From assembly GCA_015484945.1 (NCBI GenBank), contig WFUO01000035.1:60096-124095 (forward strand): 64,000 nt of DNA. Direction: 5' to 3'. The notes beneath the pieces were generated by a model. That model did not search any database. It saw nothing but the letters and a program-made list of their open reading frames with translations, and was not told where the DNA came from. This document shows, one piece after another, positions 32,451 to 44,344 of this stretch. Each line of letters begins with the position of its first letter. The stretch's first letter is position 1. This stretch comes from Gammaproteobacteria bacterium. Its GTDB lineage: Bacteria; Pseudomonadota; Gammaproteobacteria; WFUO01. Both the position numbers and the translations under genes were made by a program.

Positions 32451-32777
32451 TCAGCCCTCGACGTTGGCCGTGGCCTCCTCGACCATCTTCTTCAACTCAC
32501 CCTTCTCATGCAGTTCCAGGGTGATATCACATCCGCCGATCAGCTCGCCGTTGATGTAGATCTGCGGAAATGTCGGCCAGTTGGCGAAGCGTGGCAGATT
32601 CTGGAAGATCTCCGGGTCGGCCAGAACGTTTACATAGGCGAAGGGCCTGCCACAGGCCTGCAGGGCCGCAGCCGCGCGGCTGGAGAAACCGCACTGCGGC
32701 ATCTTCGGAGTCCCCTTCATGTAGATGATGACCGGGTTTTCCTCGACTTGCTGTTTGATTCTTTCCAGAACATCCAT
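32451..32777 (-). CDS. grxD: monothiol glutaredoxin Grx4 family
   Basis: 108 aa from internal Met; CGFS active site (MPQCGFSSRA); conserved neighbour of rnt. Confidence 0.9.
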   Translation of the reverse strand: MDVLERIKQQVEENPVIIYMKGTPKMPQCGFSSRAAAALQACGRPFAYVNVLADPEIFQNLPRFANWPTFPQIYINGELIGGCDITLELHEKGELKKMVEEATANVEG

Positions 32778-32964
32778 AGCTTGAAACCTCTTTGCATTGG
32801 CTGCCGCCCGAAGCGCAGATGCGCTCCGGACACGGCAGGCGAGTGTACGTATCACACCGGCGTATAACAACCACCAGTTAGCGTGGATATTGCGTCAGTA
32901 ATTGTCGATGATGGCGTTATTCGAAGCCGGATTATCGTTGACATGGGGGTGTACGCGAACGTAA

Positions 32965-34755
32965 TCAAGCCCCGGCAGACAGTGGATCGACATGCGTCTG
33001 CAGCCAGAATTCCAGCAATGCCAGATGCCAGAGCTTGCTGCCCTGGATACGGGTGAAGTGACGCTCCGGTTCACTCAGCAGCCTGCTCACGTAGGCCGGA
33101 TTGTACAAACCACGCTGACGGCAGGCATCGGAGGTCAGTATCTCGCGCATGAAATCGAGAAACTCGCCTTCCACATACTTGAGCGCTGGCACCGGAAAAT
33201 AACCCTTGGGCCGGTCGATGACCGCATCCGGGATACGCCCGCGCGCGATGGTGCGTAATACATGCTTGCCACCACTGCGCAACTTCAGCTCGGGCGGCAT
33301 CTGCGCCGCCAGCTCGACCAGCTCGTGATCGAGAAACGGTACCCGCGCCTCCAGTCCCCAGGCCATGGTCATGTTATCGACCCGCTTGACCGGATCATCG
33401 ACAATCAGCGTGGTGACATCGAAACGCAGCACCTGGTCGATGAACTCGTCGGCATCCGCCATACCAAGATGTTCCTCGACCAATGCCGAGGTGTAGTCGA
33501 TACCACAGTCATCGACATTGATCATCTCGCAAAACTCGTCGTGGTCGCGGTCGAAGTAGTGACGCGCAAAACGCGCCAGCGGTGGACCGCTGTCGTCATG
33601 CATGCGCGGATACCAGAAATAACCACCGAACACCTCGTCGGCACCCTGCCCGCTCTGGACCACCTTGACGTGTCGCGACACCTGCTCCGCCAACAGGTAG
33701 AAGGCCACCGCATCCTGGCCCACCATCGGCTCGGCCATTGCGCGCACAGCCTCCGGCAGCCGTTTCAGCACCTCGCTGTTCGGGATCACGAACTTGTGAT
33801 GGTCGGTGTGATAACGCGCCACCACCTGATCCGAATATTCGAACTCCGATCCTTTCTCCTCGGGCTTGTCCTCGAAACCGACCGAAAAGGTCTTCAGGTC
33901 ATCGACGCCGGCCTCGGCCAGCAGCGCCACCAGCAAACTGGAATCCAGCCCGCCGGACAGCAACACGCCCACCGGAACATCGGCAATCTGCTTGCGTTTC
34001 TCGACCGCGCTGCGCAGCGCATCGTGTATGGCCTCGGTCCACTCCCATTCGGTGCGCGCCACCGCCGGGCGTGTCGCTCGCAGACGCCACCAGACATCGA
34101 CCGTTACCCCGCCGTCGGTATCGATACACAGGCGTGTGGCGGGCGCGACCTTTCGCACCCCCTTGAGGATGGTACGTGGCGCGGGCACCACGGCGTGCAG
34201 GGTGAAGTGATGATGCAGCGCCACATTGTCGATGGTGGTATCGATGCCACCGGCGGCCAGCAGCGCAGGCAGGCTGGAGGCGAACAACACCCGGTGATCG
34301 TCGATACTGTAATACAGCGGCTTGATGCCAAAGCGGTCACGCACCAGATACAGGCGTTGCGCGCGGCTGTCCCAGACGGCGATGGCGAACATGCCATGCA
34401 GGCGTTCGACACACGCCGGCCCCCATTCGGCCCAGGCCCTGAGGATTACCTCGGTATCGCTGTGACCATGAAAGACATGACCCCTGTCGCGCAGCGTGCG
34501 CTGCAGCGCGGGGTAGTTGTAGATGGTACCGTTGAACACCAGCGTCAGCCCGCTGGCCTGGTCGTGCATGGGCTGGTGGCCGGCCTCGCTCAGGTCGATG
34601 ATGGCCAGACGCCGGTGCCCCATGGCCAGCGGGCCTGACTGCCAATGCCCTTCATCATCGGGTCCGCGTGGCGCGAGCACGCGCAGCATGGCGTCGATAC
34701 GTTTCCGCCCGGGCGCCTCGCCGTCGAGACGCAGCTCACCACAGATGCCGCACAT
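32965..34755 (-). CDS. asnB: asparagine synthase (glutamine-hydrolysing)
   Basis: 596 aa; N-terminal MCGI class-II amidotransferase nucleophile; PP-loop SGGLDSS. Confidence 0.9.
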   Translation of the reverse strand: MCGICGELRLDGEAPGRKRIDAMLRVLAPRGPDDEGHWQSGPLAMGHRRLAIIDLSEAGHQPMHDQASGLTLVFNGTIYNYPALQRTLRDRGHVFHGHSDTEVILRAWAEWGPACVERLHGMFAIAVWDSRAQRLYLVRDRFGIKPLYYSIDDHRVLFASSLPALLAAGGIDTTIDNVALHHHFTLHAVVPAPRTILKGVRKVAPATRLCIDTDGGVTVDVWWRLRATRPAVARTEWEWTEAIHDALRSAVEKRKQIADVPVGVLLSGGLDSSLLVALLAEAGVDDLKTFSVGFEDKPEEKGSEFEYSDQVVARYHTDHHKFVIPNSEVLKRLPEAVRAMAEPMVGQDAVAFYLLAEQVSRHVKVVQSGQGADEVFGGYFWYPRMHDDSGPPLARFARHYFDRDHDEFCEMINVDDCGIDYTSALVEEHLGMADADEFIDQVLRFDVTTLIVDDPVKRVDNMTMAWGLEARVPFLDHELVELAAQMPPELKLRSGGKHVLRTIARGRIPDAVIDRPKGYFPVPALKYVEGEFLDFMREILTSDACRQRGLYNPAYVSRLLSEPERHFTRIQGSKLWHLALLEFWLQTHVDPLSAGA

Positions 34756-34758
34756 AGG

Positions 34759-35088
34759 TTATCGCTGGATCACGGTAAGGAAGTTGCGTACACGCTTCAC
34801 CCCCGGAATGCGCCGTGTAATCTCACTGGCACGCACGATGGCGCGGGTGCTGCCCACGGTGCCGCGCAGGGTCACCACGCCCCTCACGGTGGTGACGCGG
34901 ATACCGGTGGCGCGCACATCGCTGGCCTTTACCAGCGCGGTGTTGACATCACGCGTAATCAACTGATCGCTGCGCGACGGCGCCGGCGCGGCACTCCCGC
35001 CTCCACTGGCGATGATGGCCGATGCGCAGCCCTGCAGGCCGGTGGCAACGGTTATAGCGAGAATCATGGCCGCCAAAGACTTCATCAT
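34759..35088 (-). CDS. BON domain-containing lipoprotein (OsmY-like)
   Basis: 109 aa; lipobox LQGCAS; BON-like VTLRGTVGS pattern. Confidence 0.65.
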   Translation of the reverse strand: MMKSLAAMILAITVATGLQGCASAIIASGGGSAAPAPSRSDQLITRDVNTALVKASDVRATGIRVTTVRGVVTLRGTVGSTRAIVRASEITRRIPGVKRVRNFLTVIQR

Positions 35089-36656
35089 GCACTCCTGTCA
35101 GCCGTATGGCTGTCTGCGTTTTCTTCCGTCCTGCCCCAGCCACCGCCACCCGGCGTCTCGATCCGGACACGATCGCCCTTGCGGGCCTGAAAACTGCACT
35201 TGCCGGGCAGAGGTTCGTCATTGAGCAGGTTTCGTCCGGCCGCGCCGGACGCACCGCCTGCCAACCCCCAGGGCTGGTGACGCCGCCTTTCCGCTAGAAT
35301 AGTGACATGCGCGTCGGCCAGCAAGCCGTATTCCCGCACGATGCCATCGCCGCCACGATGCACGCCCGCGCCACCGGAACCCCGCCGGATCGCGTAACGC
35401 AGCACCCGCACCGGATAACGCATCTCCAGCGCCTCGATCGGTGTATTGAGGGTGTTGGTCATGTGGGTCTGCACTGCCGACAGGCCGTCGTAGCGCGGGC
35501 CGGCGCCCATCCCCCCGCCAATGGTCTCATAGTAATCCCATTCCCTGCCTGGCTCACGCGAACCCATGGCGAGATTGTTCATGCTCCCGTGACTGGCCGC
35601 CGGCATACCATCGATGGCCTGCGCCAGCGCGCCGATCACCGCATCGACGATGCGCGTGCTGGTCTCCACGTTGCCCGCGGCCACCGCGGCCGGCCGGCGC
35701 GCATTGAGCAGGCAGCCCGCAGGGGCACGGATGGAGATGCTGCGGAAACTGCCGGCACAGGCCGGTGTCCGGGACGGCATCAGGCAGCGGAACACGTAGT
35801 AAACCGCCGCCGCGGCCACCGACAGCGGACAATTGACATTGCCCGCCACCTGCGGCGCCGTGCCGTCGAAATCCACCGTCACCGCGTGCCCGCTGACACG
35901 CAGGGTCACGGCAATCGGCAGGTCGAGCTGGCCCTGACCGTCGTCGTCGAGCATATCGGTGAAACGGTAACAGCCATCCGGAATCGCTTTCAGGCTGCTG
36001 GCGGCCAGGCGCGCGGCATAGTCGTTCAGGGCCGCCAGCGCCGTACGCCATTCCGCCGGCGTCATCGGTACCAGCAGATCCTGCAGGCGGCGGATCCCGG
36101 TCAGGTTGGCGCTGATCTGGGCGGCGAAATCACCCCGCGACTCGGCCTGGTTGCGGGTTGCGGCCACCAGCGCCTCCAGTTGCGCCTCGTCGGTCCTGCC
36201 GGCCACCACCAGCCGGGTCGGCGGAATCACCAGCCCCTCCTCGTCAAGACTGCGCGAGACGGGCATGGATCCCGGCGTTTCGGCGCCGATGTCCGCATGA
36301 TGGGCGCGGTTGACGACAAATGCAACCAGTTCCTGATGGTGATAAACCGGCGCGACAAGGGTCACGTCGGGCAGATGGGTGCCGCCCAGATAGGGATCGT
36401 TGAGAATGACCATGTCGCCAGGCTGCCAGTCGATGTTGCCAACGATGTCGCGCATCGCATAGGCCATGCTGCCCAGATGCACCGGGATGTGCGCGGCCTG
36501 GGCGCACAGCAGGCCATCGGCATCGAAAACCGCGCATGAGTAATCCAGACGATCACGGATATTGGCCGAAAATGCCGTGCGTTGCAGCACCGCACCCATT
36601 TCCTCGCACACAGCCGCGATACGGCTGGAAAATACGCTCAGATCGATGGCATCCAT
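35085..36656 (-). CDS. hyuB: hydantoinase B/oxoprolinase family protein
   Basis: 523 aa; HyuB-type N-terminus (AVCEEMGAVLQRTAFSANIRDRLDYSCAVFD...VHLGSM). Confidence 0.85.
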   Translation of the reverse strand: MDAIDLSVFSSRIAAVCEEMGAVLQRTAFSANIRDRLDYSCAVFDADGLLCAQAAHIPVHLGSMAYAMRDIVGNIDWQPGDMVILNDPYLGGTHLPDVTLVAPVYHHQELVAFVVNRAHHADIGAETPGSMPVSRSLDEEGLVIPPTRLVVAGRTDEAQLEALVAATRNQAESRGDFAAQISANLTGIRRLQDLLVPMTPAEWRTALAALNDYAARLAASSLKAIPDGCYRFTDMLDDDGQGQLDLPIAVTLRVSGHAVTVDFDGTAPQVAGNVNCPLSVAAAAVYYVFRCLMPSRTPACAGSFRSISIRAPAGCLLNARRPAAVAAGNVETSTRIVDAVIGALAQAIDGMPAASHGSMNNLAMGSREPGREWDYYETIGGGMGAGPRYDGLSAVQTHMTNTLNTPIEALEMRYPVRVLRYAIRRGSGGAGVHRGGDGIVREYGLLADAHVTILAERRRHQPWGLAGGASGAAGRNLLNDEPLPGKCSFQARKGDRVRIETPGGGGWGRTEENADSHTADRSA

Positions 36657-36708
36657 GAAGCGGCAGTGTAGCAGACCCGCGCGCCTGCGTGATCCCCGAC
36701 GATATACA

Positions 36709-36738
36709 TTGCAATCAAGGGCGGCTGGTCACTATAAT
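36709..36738 (+). promoter_or_regulatory. candidate sigma70 promoter (TTGCAA-18 nt-TATAAT) for the downstream membrane-protein gene
   Basis: TTGCAA at 36709-36714 and TATAAT at 36733-36738, ~80 nt upstream of ATG 36817; sequence-only prediction. Confidence 0.3.
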
Positions 36739-36816
36739 TGCCGCAGAGATTCAGTCGGGTATGCTGCCTGAGACAGGCCATACTTTCTTAATATATAACA
36801 ACACAGGGGGAGACCC

Positions 36817-37428
36817 ATGAACCCATTGAAATCCATTGTTGGTACCATCGTCACCGGCTTCGTGCTGGCCGGCATCATGATTTTTGCCTTCAAGAGCGGC
36901 AATGGCAACCCCAAGGAATGGACCATCTGGCTGCACGCCATTTTCGGTGTGCTGTGGATCGGGCTGCTCTATTATTTCAACTTTGTTCAGGTTCCGGCCG
37001 TGGCCAAGGCGCTTGGCGAGGCCGACAGCGGCGGCCCCGGTCCGGCGGCAATCAACAAGTACGTGGCACCGCGCGCCCTGGCCTGGTTCCGCTACGCAGC
37101 CTTGCTGACCTGGCTGACCGGTGCCGCAGCACTGTGGAAATACGGTGTTCTGAAACAGGCCTTCATGCTTGAAGGTCTGAGCACGGGCGCCACCACTGCC
37201 ATCATCGGCATCGGCGCGTGGCTGGGCACCATCATGTTGTTCAACGTCTGGGTATTGATCTGGCCCAACCAGAAGAAGATCCTCGGCCTGACCGAAGCGA
37301 CCCCGGAACAGGTTGCCAAGGCCAAGGTCGTCGCCCTGATGGCCTCGCGCACCAACACCGTGCTGTCGATTCCGATGCTGCTGGCCATGACCGCCAGCCA
37401 GATCCACAATGGCGGCATGCCACTGTAA
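36817..37428 (+). CDS. hypothetical polytopic membrane protein
   Basis: 203 aa, 4-5 TM helices, conserved His in TM2 (WLHAIFGVLWIG); possible HemJ/CopD-like relation is speculative. Confidence 0.5.
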   Translation: MNPLKSIVGTIVTGFVLAGIMIFAFKSGNGNPKEWTIWLHAIFGVLWIGLLYYFNFVQVPAVAKALGEADSGGPGPAAINKYVAPRALAWFRYAALLTWLTGAAALWKYGVLKQAFMLEGLSTGATTAIIGIGAWLGTIMLFNVWVLIWPNQKKILGLTEATPEQVAKAKVVALMASRTNTVLSIPMLLAMTASQIHNGGMPL

Positions 37429-37452
37429 AAGGAATCTTTCCGTTCCTGAAGA

Positions 37453-37479
37453 AACCCGGCCTTGCGCCGGGTTTTTTCG
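37453..37479 (+). terminator. rho-independent terminator
   Basis: AAACCCGGC-CTTGCG-CCGGGTTTTTT: GC stem plus T-run 25 nt after the stop at 37428. Confidence 0.7.
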
Positions 37480-37577
37480 TCACCGCCCTTGTTGAACGGG
37501 ACGTTCCTGATTTATGATTCAGGCAACGGGCGTCACCCAGCGGTGCCGCTCTTTTTTGTTTTGTGGACGATGCGACG

Positions 37578-38755
<1,178 letters not shown>

Positions 38756-38759
<4 letters not shown>

Positions 38760-39658
38760 AACCCCGGCATTTCCTCACCCTGCTGGATCTGGACAGCGGC
38801 GAACTGCAGGCACTGATCGACCGCGCGCGTGAACTCAAGGCATTGCAGAAAAACGGCGTGGCGCACCGGACACGGCCTGGCAAGGTCATGGCCATGGTGT
38901 TTGAAAAATCATCGACACGTACCCGCGTATCGTTCGAAACCGGCATGATCCAGCTCGGTGGCCAGGCACTGTTTCTTTCGCCACGCGATACCCAGCTCGG
39001 CCGTGGCGAACCCATCGAGGACAGCGCGCGGGTGCTGTCACGCATGGTGGATATCATCATGATTCGCACCTTCGAGCACGAAAAGATCGAACGCTTTGCC
39101 GAATTTTCCGATGTCCCGGTCATCAATGCGCTGACCGACATGTACCACCCCTGTCAGTTGCTGGCCGACATCATGACCTGGCAGGAACACCGCGACGACA
39201 TCCGTGGAAAGAAAGCCGCCTGGATAGGTGACGGCAACAACATGTGTCATTCGTGGATCAATGCCGCACGCCGCTTCGATTTCCACCTCGCCATCGCCAC
39301 ACCCGAGGGCTTCGACCCTGATCCTAACGTACTCGCGGCCGCCGGCGATCGGGTAGCGCTGTTCCGTCAGCCCGCCGACGCCGCCGCAGACGCCGACCTG
39401 GTGGTTACCGACGTGTGGACCAGCATGGGTCAGGAAGATGAACAGAAACGTCGCGAACGGGCGTTCGCCGGCTATATCGTCGATGACGATCTGATGGCCT
39501 GCGCCAATGAAGACGCCCTGTTCATGCACTGCCTGCCGGCCCATCGCGGTGAAGAAGTCAGTGCCAGTGTCATCGACGGCCCGCACAGCGTGGTCTGGGA
39601 CGAAGCCGAAAACCGCCTGCATGCGCAAAAGGCACTGATCGAGCTGTTGCTGGCCTAG
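38756..39658 (+). CDS. argF: ornithine carbamoyltransferase
   Basis: STRTR carbamoyl-phosphate motif, HPCQ, HCLP; 300 aa; ATGA overlap with argD. Confidence 0.92.
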
Positions 39659-39838
39659 CCCGGATATCGCACCGGCCGAACCGTACTTAGAACATCATCA
39701 ACTGAAACAGTATGCAAGCTAGCCCGGATCATGCTTTTTGGGTTCCGTTCATGCATACTTGAAGTAAGCGCCGATCGACTCATGTGTATTTGCTGAGCCA
39801 AACAAAGACGACGCGACAGGATTTGGAAACCGTTCAAG

Positions 39839-41812
39839 ATGCATCAAGACCTCCTGCAACAGATCGTCCTGCTGCTCGCTGTCGCCGTCGTGGCCGTGGT
39901 GATTTTCAGGCGTTTCCATCTACCCCCCATCCTTGCCTACCTGAGTGTCGGTGTACTGATCGGCCCGCATGGCCTGAAACTGATCGAAGACAGCAGTGAC
40001 ACGCGCTTCCTCGCCGAATTCGGTGTCGTGTTCCTGCTGTTTACCGTTGGCCTGGAATTCTCTCTGCGCCAGCTCAAGGCCATGAAAAACATCGTCATCG
40101 GCCTGGGTGGCGCACAGGTCATCATCAGCCTGCTGTTTTTCGGCGGCATTGGCTGGCTCATGGGCCTGAGAACCGACAGCGCCATCATCCTCGGCGGTAT
40201 CCTCGCCCTGTCGTCCACGGCCATTGTCATCAAACAGCTCAATGAACAGCTGGAATTGAACTCGCGTCACGGCCGCCTGGCACTCGGCATCCTGATCTTC
40301 CAGGATCTGGCTGTGATCCCGTTGCTGATCCTCATCAATCTGATGTCGCAAGACAGCGGCGGATCGTTCATGCAATCGGTTTTGCTGGCGCTGTTCAAGG
40401 GCGTGCTGGCCTTCGTGATCCTGCTCGCCATCGGCCATTGGTTCCTGCGCCCGTTGTTTCGTCTCATCGCACGCGCACATTCGTCCGAACTGTTCATCCT
40501 GACGGTGCTGCTGGTCAGTCTTGCCGCCGCCAGCCTCACAGACGCTGCCGGTCTGTCTCTGGCCCTGGGTGGTTTCCTTGCCGGCGCCATGCTCGGTGAA
40601 ACCGAGTTCCGTCACCAGATCGAATCGGACATCAAGCCATTCCGAGACGTGCTGCTGGGCCTTTTCTTCATCACCATCGGCATGCTGCTCAACATACACG
40701 GGCTGCCCGCCATCTGGCACTGGCTGGCGCTCACAGTGACAGTCTATGTCCTGTTCAAACTCGGACTCGTGTACCTGCTTGCCAGGCTTGCGCATCACGA
40801 ACCCGGGGTCTCGTTCCGTACCGGCCTGGTACTGGCCCAGGGTGGTGAATTCGGTTTCGCCCTGCTCAGCCTGGCACTGACCGGCAAGCTATTCGACGAC
40901 CAGACCGGTCAGATACTGCTCGCCACCATGTTCATCAGCATGGCCATTGCGCCATTGCTGATCCGTTACAACGGCGTGTTGGCCAAGCGCCTGTTCGCCT
41001 CAAGCTACCTGGCCAACCGTGCCGAACAGGAAGAGATGATCGCCAGCCGCACCGAAGGCCTGCAGGATCATGTCATCATCTGCGGTTACGGCCGTATCGG
41101 CCAGAACATCTCACGTTTTCTCGACCAGGAGGGTTTCGACTATGTGGCGCTGGATCTGGATCCGGTCATCACCCGCGAGGCCAATGAAGCCGGTGATCCC
41201 GTCTTCTATGGTGATGCCACGCACCGCGAGAATCTCAAGGCCGCCGGCCTGATGCACGCACGCGTACTGGTGATCAGCTTCGACGCCCCCAAGGCCGCCG
41301 TCCGCATCCTGGCCGAAACCCGCGCCCTGCGCCCGGACATCCCGATACTGGTACGCACGCGAGACGACACCTGGCTGGATGCCCTGCAGGAACAGGGGGC
41401 CACCGAGGTCGTACCCGAAACACTGGAAGCCAGCCTGATGCTCGCCTCGCATCTGTTGTTCCTGCTCGACGTACCGGTATCCAACATCATCCGCTATGTG
41501 CGCAACGTGCGCGAAGACCGTTACCGCCTGCTACGCGGTTTCTTCCACGGCGACGAGGCACTGCCCCTGGATGGCGAGCACCCCGGGCGTGAGGGTCTGC
41601 ATGCGGTGACCCTGCAAAAGGGCAGCAAGGCAATCGGCAAGACGCTCAACGAACTCGACCTGGAGTCACATCACATTACCGTCACCGCGTTGCGCCGGGG
41701 AGAAGAAAAGAATACCGCCCCGCGTCATGACATCATACTGCAGGAAAACGACGTTCTGGTTTTGTATGGCACCCCGGAAGACATCGAACATGCCGAATCG
41801 TTGCTGCTGTAA
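39839..41812 (+). CDS. monovalent cation:proton antiporter-2 (KefB/KefC-type) with RCK/TrkA-N and TrkA-C domains
   Basis: 657 aa; ~12 TM Na+/H+ exchanger domain, then Rossmann motif IICGYGRIGQ, then C-terminal TrkA-C. Confidence 0.88.
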   Translation: MHQDLLQQIVLLLAVAVVAVVIFRRFHLPPILAYLSVGVLIGPHGLKLIEDSSDTRFLAEFGVVFLLFTVGLEFSLRQLKAMKNIVIGLGGAQVIISLLFFGGIGWLMGLRTDSAIILGGILALSSTAIVIKQLNEQLELNSRHGRLALGILIFQDLAVIPLLILINLMSQDSGGSFMQSVLLALFKGVLAFVILLAIGHWFLRPLFRLIARAHSSELFILTVLLVSLAAASLTDAAGLSLALGGFLAGAMLGETEFRHQIESDIKPFRDVLLGLFFITIGMLLNIHGLPAIWHWLALTVTVYVLFKLGLVYLLARLAHHEPGVSFRTGLVLAQGGEFGFALLSLALTGKLFDDQTGQILLATMFISMAIAPLLIRYNGVLAKRLFASSYLANRAEQEEMIASRTEGLQDHVIICGYGRIGQNISRFLDQEGFDYVALDLDPVITREANEAGDPVFYGDATHRENLKAAGLMHARVLVISFDAPKAAVRILAETRALRPDIPILVRTRDDTWLDALQEQGATEVVPETLEASLMLASHLLFLLDVPVSNIIRYVRNVREDRYRLLRGFFHGDEALPLDGEHPGREGLHAVTLQKGSKAIGKTLNELDLESHHITVTALRRGEEKNTAPRHDIILQENDVLVLYGTPEDIEHAESLLL

Positions 41813-41836
41813 ACACAGCCATGGGATAATGCCCCG

Positions 41837-42352
41837 ATGAGTGAACCCGGCAACCAAACCGAACGCATGGGCGCCCACATGTCACTGATCGCCTGGGTTC
41901 TGGGCATCGGTCTGCTGACATGGCTGTTCAACGGCTACCTCAATCGCCAGAACAGTCCCGAGCCCGATGTACAGCGCAGTGGCGATGTGCGCCAGATCGT
42001 GCTCAGACGCAACCGCCAGGGACACTACCTGCTGGCGGGACGTGTCAATGGGCGCAGGGTCGTGTTCCTGCTCGATACCGGGGCCACGTCGATCACCATA
42101 CCGGGCCCGGTTGCCGCGCGTATCGGCCTCGAACGTGGCCGCCCGTACCGGGCACGCACCGCCAACGGCGTCATCACGGTCTATGCCACGCGTATCCGTG
42201 AACTGCGCCTGGGCAATATCGTACTCCACAACGTGCGTGCCAGCATCAATCCGCACATGCGCGGCCAGGAGGCGCTGCTTGGCATGTCGGCAATCAAGCG
42301 CCTTGAGATGATACAGCGTGGCAACAAACTGATACTGAGACAGCGTCGCTGA
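41837..42352 (+). CDS. retropepsin-like (clan AA) aspartic protease, membrane-anchored
   Basis: N-terminal TM; VVFLLDTGATSITIP catalytic D-T/S-G-A; TIGR02281-like architecture (recalled). Confidence 0.65.
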   Translation: MSEPGNQTERMGAHMSLIAWVLGIGLLTWLFNGYLNRQNSPEPDVQRSGDVRQIVLRRNRQGHYLLAGRVNGRRVVFLLDTGATSITIPGPVAARIGLERGRPYRARTANGVITVYATRIRELRLGNIVLHNVRASINPHMRGQEALLGMSAIKRLEMIQRGNKLILRQRR

Positions 42353-42364
42353 AGGAGCATAACA

Positions 42365-42706
42365 GTGAGTGATTCATCCGAACTCGGCATCGAAGACATC
42401 AAGACCGGCGAAGGCGCCGAAGTGACCGGGCGCGGCCAGACCGTGATCGTTCACTACACCGGTTGGCTGGAAGACGGCACCCAATTCGATTCAAGCCGGG
42501 ACCGCAACGATCCGTTCAGCTTTCCGGTCGATGTTGGCTATGTCATCAAGGGGTGGGACGAGGGCGTCAAGGGAATGAAGGTTGGTGGCGTACGCAAGCT
42601 GACGGTACCGCCCGAACTGGGTTACGGCAAGGCAGGTGCCGGCGGCGTGATCCCGCCCAACGCCACACTGATATTCGAGATCGAGTTGCTGGAAATCAGT
42701 GAATAG
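42365..42706 (+). CDS. FKBP-type peptidyl-prolyl cis-trans isomerase
   Basis: 113 aa FKBP12-like ([41 protein letters not shown]). Confidence 0.88.
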   Translation: MSDSSELGIEDIKTGEGAEVTGRGQTVIVHYTGWLEDGTQFDSSRDRNDPFSFPVDVGYVIKGWDEGVKGMKVGGVRKLTVPPELGYGKAGAGGVIPPNATLIFEIELLEISE

Positions 42707-43550
42707 TCCTTACACACTGCCACCGCAGGATGTCATTGCGGCCAACGTGCGCATGGCACTGGATGAGGACATCGGCAGCGGTGATGTCACGGCGCAACTC
42801 ATCGCCGCGCACAGCCGTTCAACGGGACGGGTGATCGCGCGTGAATCGGCCGTACTGTGCGGTACGGCCTGGTTCGATGAAGTCTTCCGCCAGATCGATC
42901 ATACCGTGCATGTGAACTGGCAGCGTCACGATGGCGACCGTATCGCGCCAGATGAGGTACTGTGCACTGTGGAAGGGCCGTCACGCGCGCTGCTGAGCGG
43001 TGAACGCGCGGCGCTGAACCTGCTGCAGACCCTGTCCGGCACAGCAACCACAGCGTCGCGCTGGGCCAATGCCGTATCCGGCCTGGCGGTACGCATCCTC
43101 GATACACGCAAGACCCTGCCGGGTCTGCGACTGGCACAAAAATACGCAGTAACATGTGGCGGCTGCCATAACCACCGTACCGGCCTGTACGATGCCATCC
43201 TGATAAAGGAAAACCACATCACCGCCTGTGGCGGCATCACCGCGGCCATCGAGCAGGCCCGCCAACGACACTCCGGTCTGCCGCTGATGGTCGAGGTCGA
43301 GAACATGGATCAGCTGCGCGAGGCGCTGGATGCCGGCGCGCCACACCTGTTGCTGGACAATTTCACTCCCGAGGCACTGCGTGAAGCAGTGGCCGTCAAT
43401 GCCGGCCGTGCCGAACTCGAGGCCTCGGGCAGCATTACGCTCGACAACATTCGCGACTACGCCCTGACCGGCGTGGACTACATCTCCACCGGGGCACTGA
43501 CCAAGCATCTGCGCGCCATCGATTTCTCGCTGCGCTTCGAAACCGCCTGA
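42699..43550 (+). CDS. nadC: nicotinate-nucleotide pyrophosphorylase (carboxylating)
   Basis: 283 aa; QPRTase N and C domains ([12 protein letters not shown]...AILIKENH...LLLDNF). Confidence 0.92.
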   Translation: MNSPYTLPPQDVIAANVRMALDEDIGSGDVTAQLIAAHSRSTGRVIARESAVLCGTAWFDEVFRQIDHTVHVNWQRHDGDRIAPDEVLCTVEGPSRALLSGERAALNLLQTLSGTATTASRWANAVSGLAVRILDTRKTLPGLRLAQKYAVTCGGCHNHRTGLYDAILIKENHITACGGITAAIEQARQRHSGLPLMVEVENMDQLREALDAGAPHLLLDNFTPEALREAVAVNAGRAELEASGSITLDNIRDYALTGVDYISTGALTKHLRAIDFSLRFETA

Positions 43551-44339
43551 TCAACCGATCAGACCGGCGATCACCCGGAGGGTGATGAATACGATGATCA
43601 GCGACAACAGGATACGCAACCAGCGGCCGGGCACTCGCTGGCTGAAACGGGCGCCAAGCTGGGCACCGGCGATCGCGCCCACGACAACGACCACGGATTC
43701 CAGCCATGGCACCTGGAAGGTGCCAATCCGCCCCAGCATGACCGAAAACGAAGACAGTATCCCGACCAGCAGAGCCGAACCGACCGCGATCCGGGTCGGG
43801 ATATGCAGCAGATGCAACATCACCGGCACGAACAGAAATCCCCCGCCCTGTCCGACGATGCCGGACAAAAGGCCCAGCAAGCCACCCCAACCAACTGCAG
43901 CGCGATGATGAAAGCGGGTTGTCGCGCCGTGTACGTCATCGCTGTCGTCCACCGGCCTGCGCGGTAACAGCATCAATAGCGATGCACAGATTGCCATCCC
44001 GGCAAAGACCAGCATGATCAGCAGTTCAGGCACTCGGGCAGACAACCAGGAACCAAGCAATGCGGTCAGTGACATGCTGCCGCCGAAACACCATACCAGC
44101 GGCCCGCTGATGCGTCCAAAACGATGATGTCCCAAGGCGCCGGACAACGCGCCCGCAAAGCTCTGCACCGATGTGATCGCGGCCGCCGTTTTGATACCAA
44201 ACGCCGCCATACCCAACAAAGGCGGCACCTCGAGCAACAGCGGAAACATGACGATGCCGCCACCTATGCCGAGCAGCCCCGAAAGCAGACCACCGCCCAT
44301 GCCGAGCAGGAACAACACCGTCAGCGCAAAAACATCCAC
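43551..44339 (-). CDS. TauE/SafE (TSUP) family sulfite/anion exporter
   Basis: 262 aa; two TSUP repeats each with GxGGG (LGIGGGIVMFP, IVGQGGGFLFVP). Confidence 0.85.
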   Translation of the reverse strand: MDVFALTVLFLLGMGGGLLSGLLGIGGGIVMFPLLLEVPPLLGMAAFGIKTAAAITSVQSFAGALSGALGHHRFGRISGPLVWCFGGSMSLTALLGSWLSARVPELLIMLVFAGMAICASLLMLLPRRPVDDSDDVHGATTRFHHRAAVGWGGLLGLLSGIVGQGGGFLFVPVMLHLLHIPTRIAVGSALLVGILSSFSVMLGRIGTFQVPWLESVVVVVGAIAGAQLGARFSQRVPGRWLRILLSLIIVFITLRVIAGLIG

Positions 44340-44344
44340 CTCGA

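Noticed and set aside
36817-37428. Assigning the 203-aa membrane protein to HemJ or CopD
   Set aside because: There is only a loose resemblance (conserved His in a TM helix) and the length does not fit HemJ. Kept as hypothetical.
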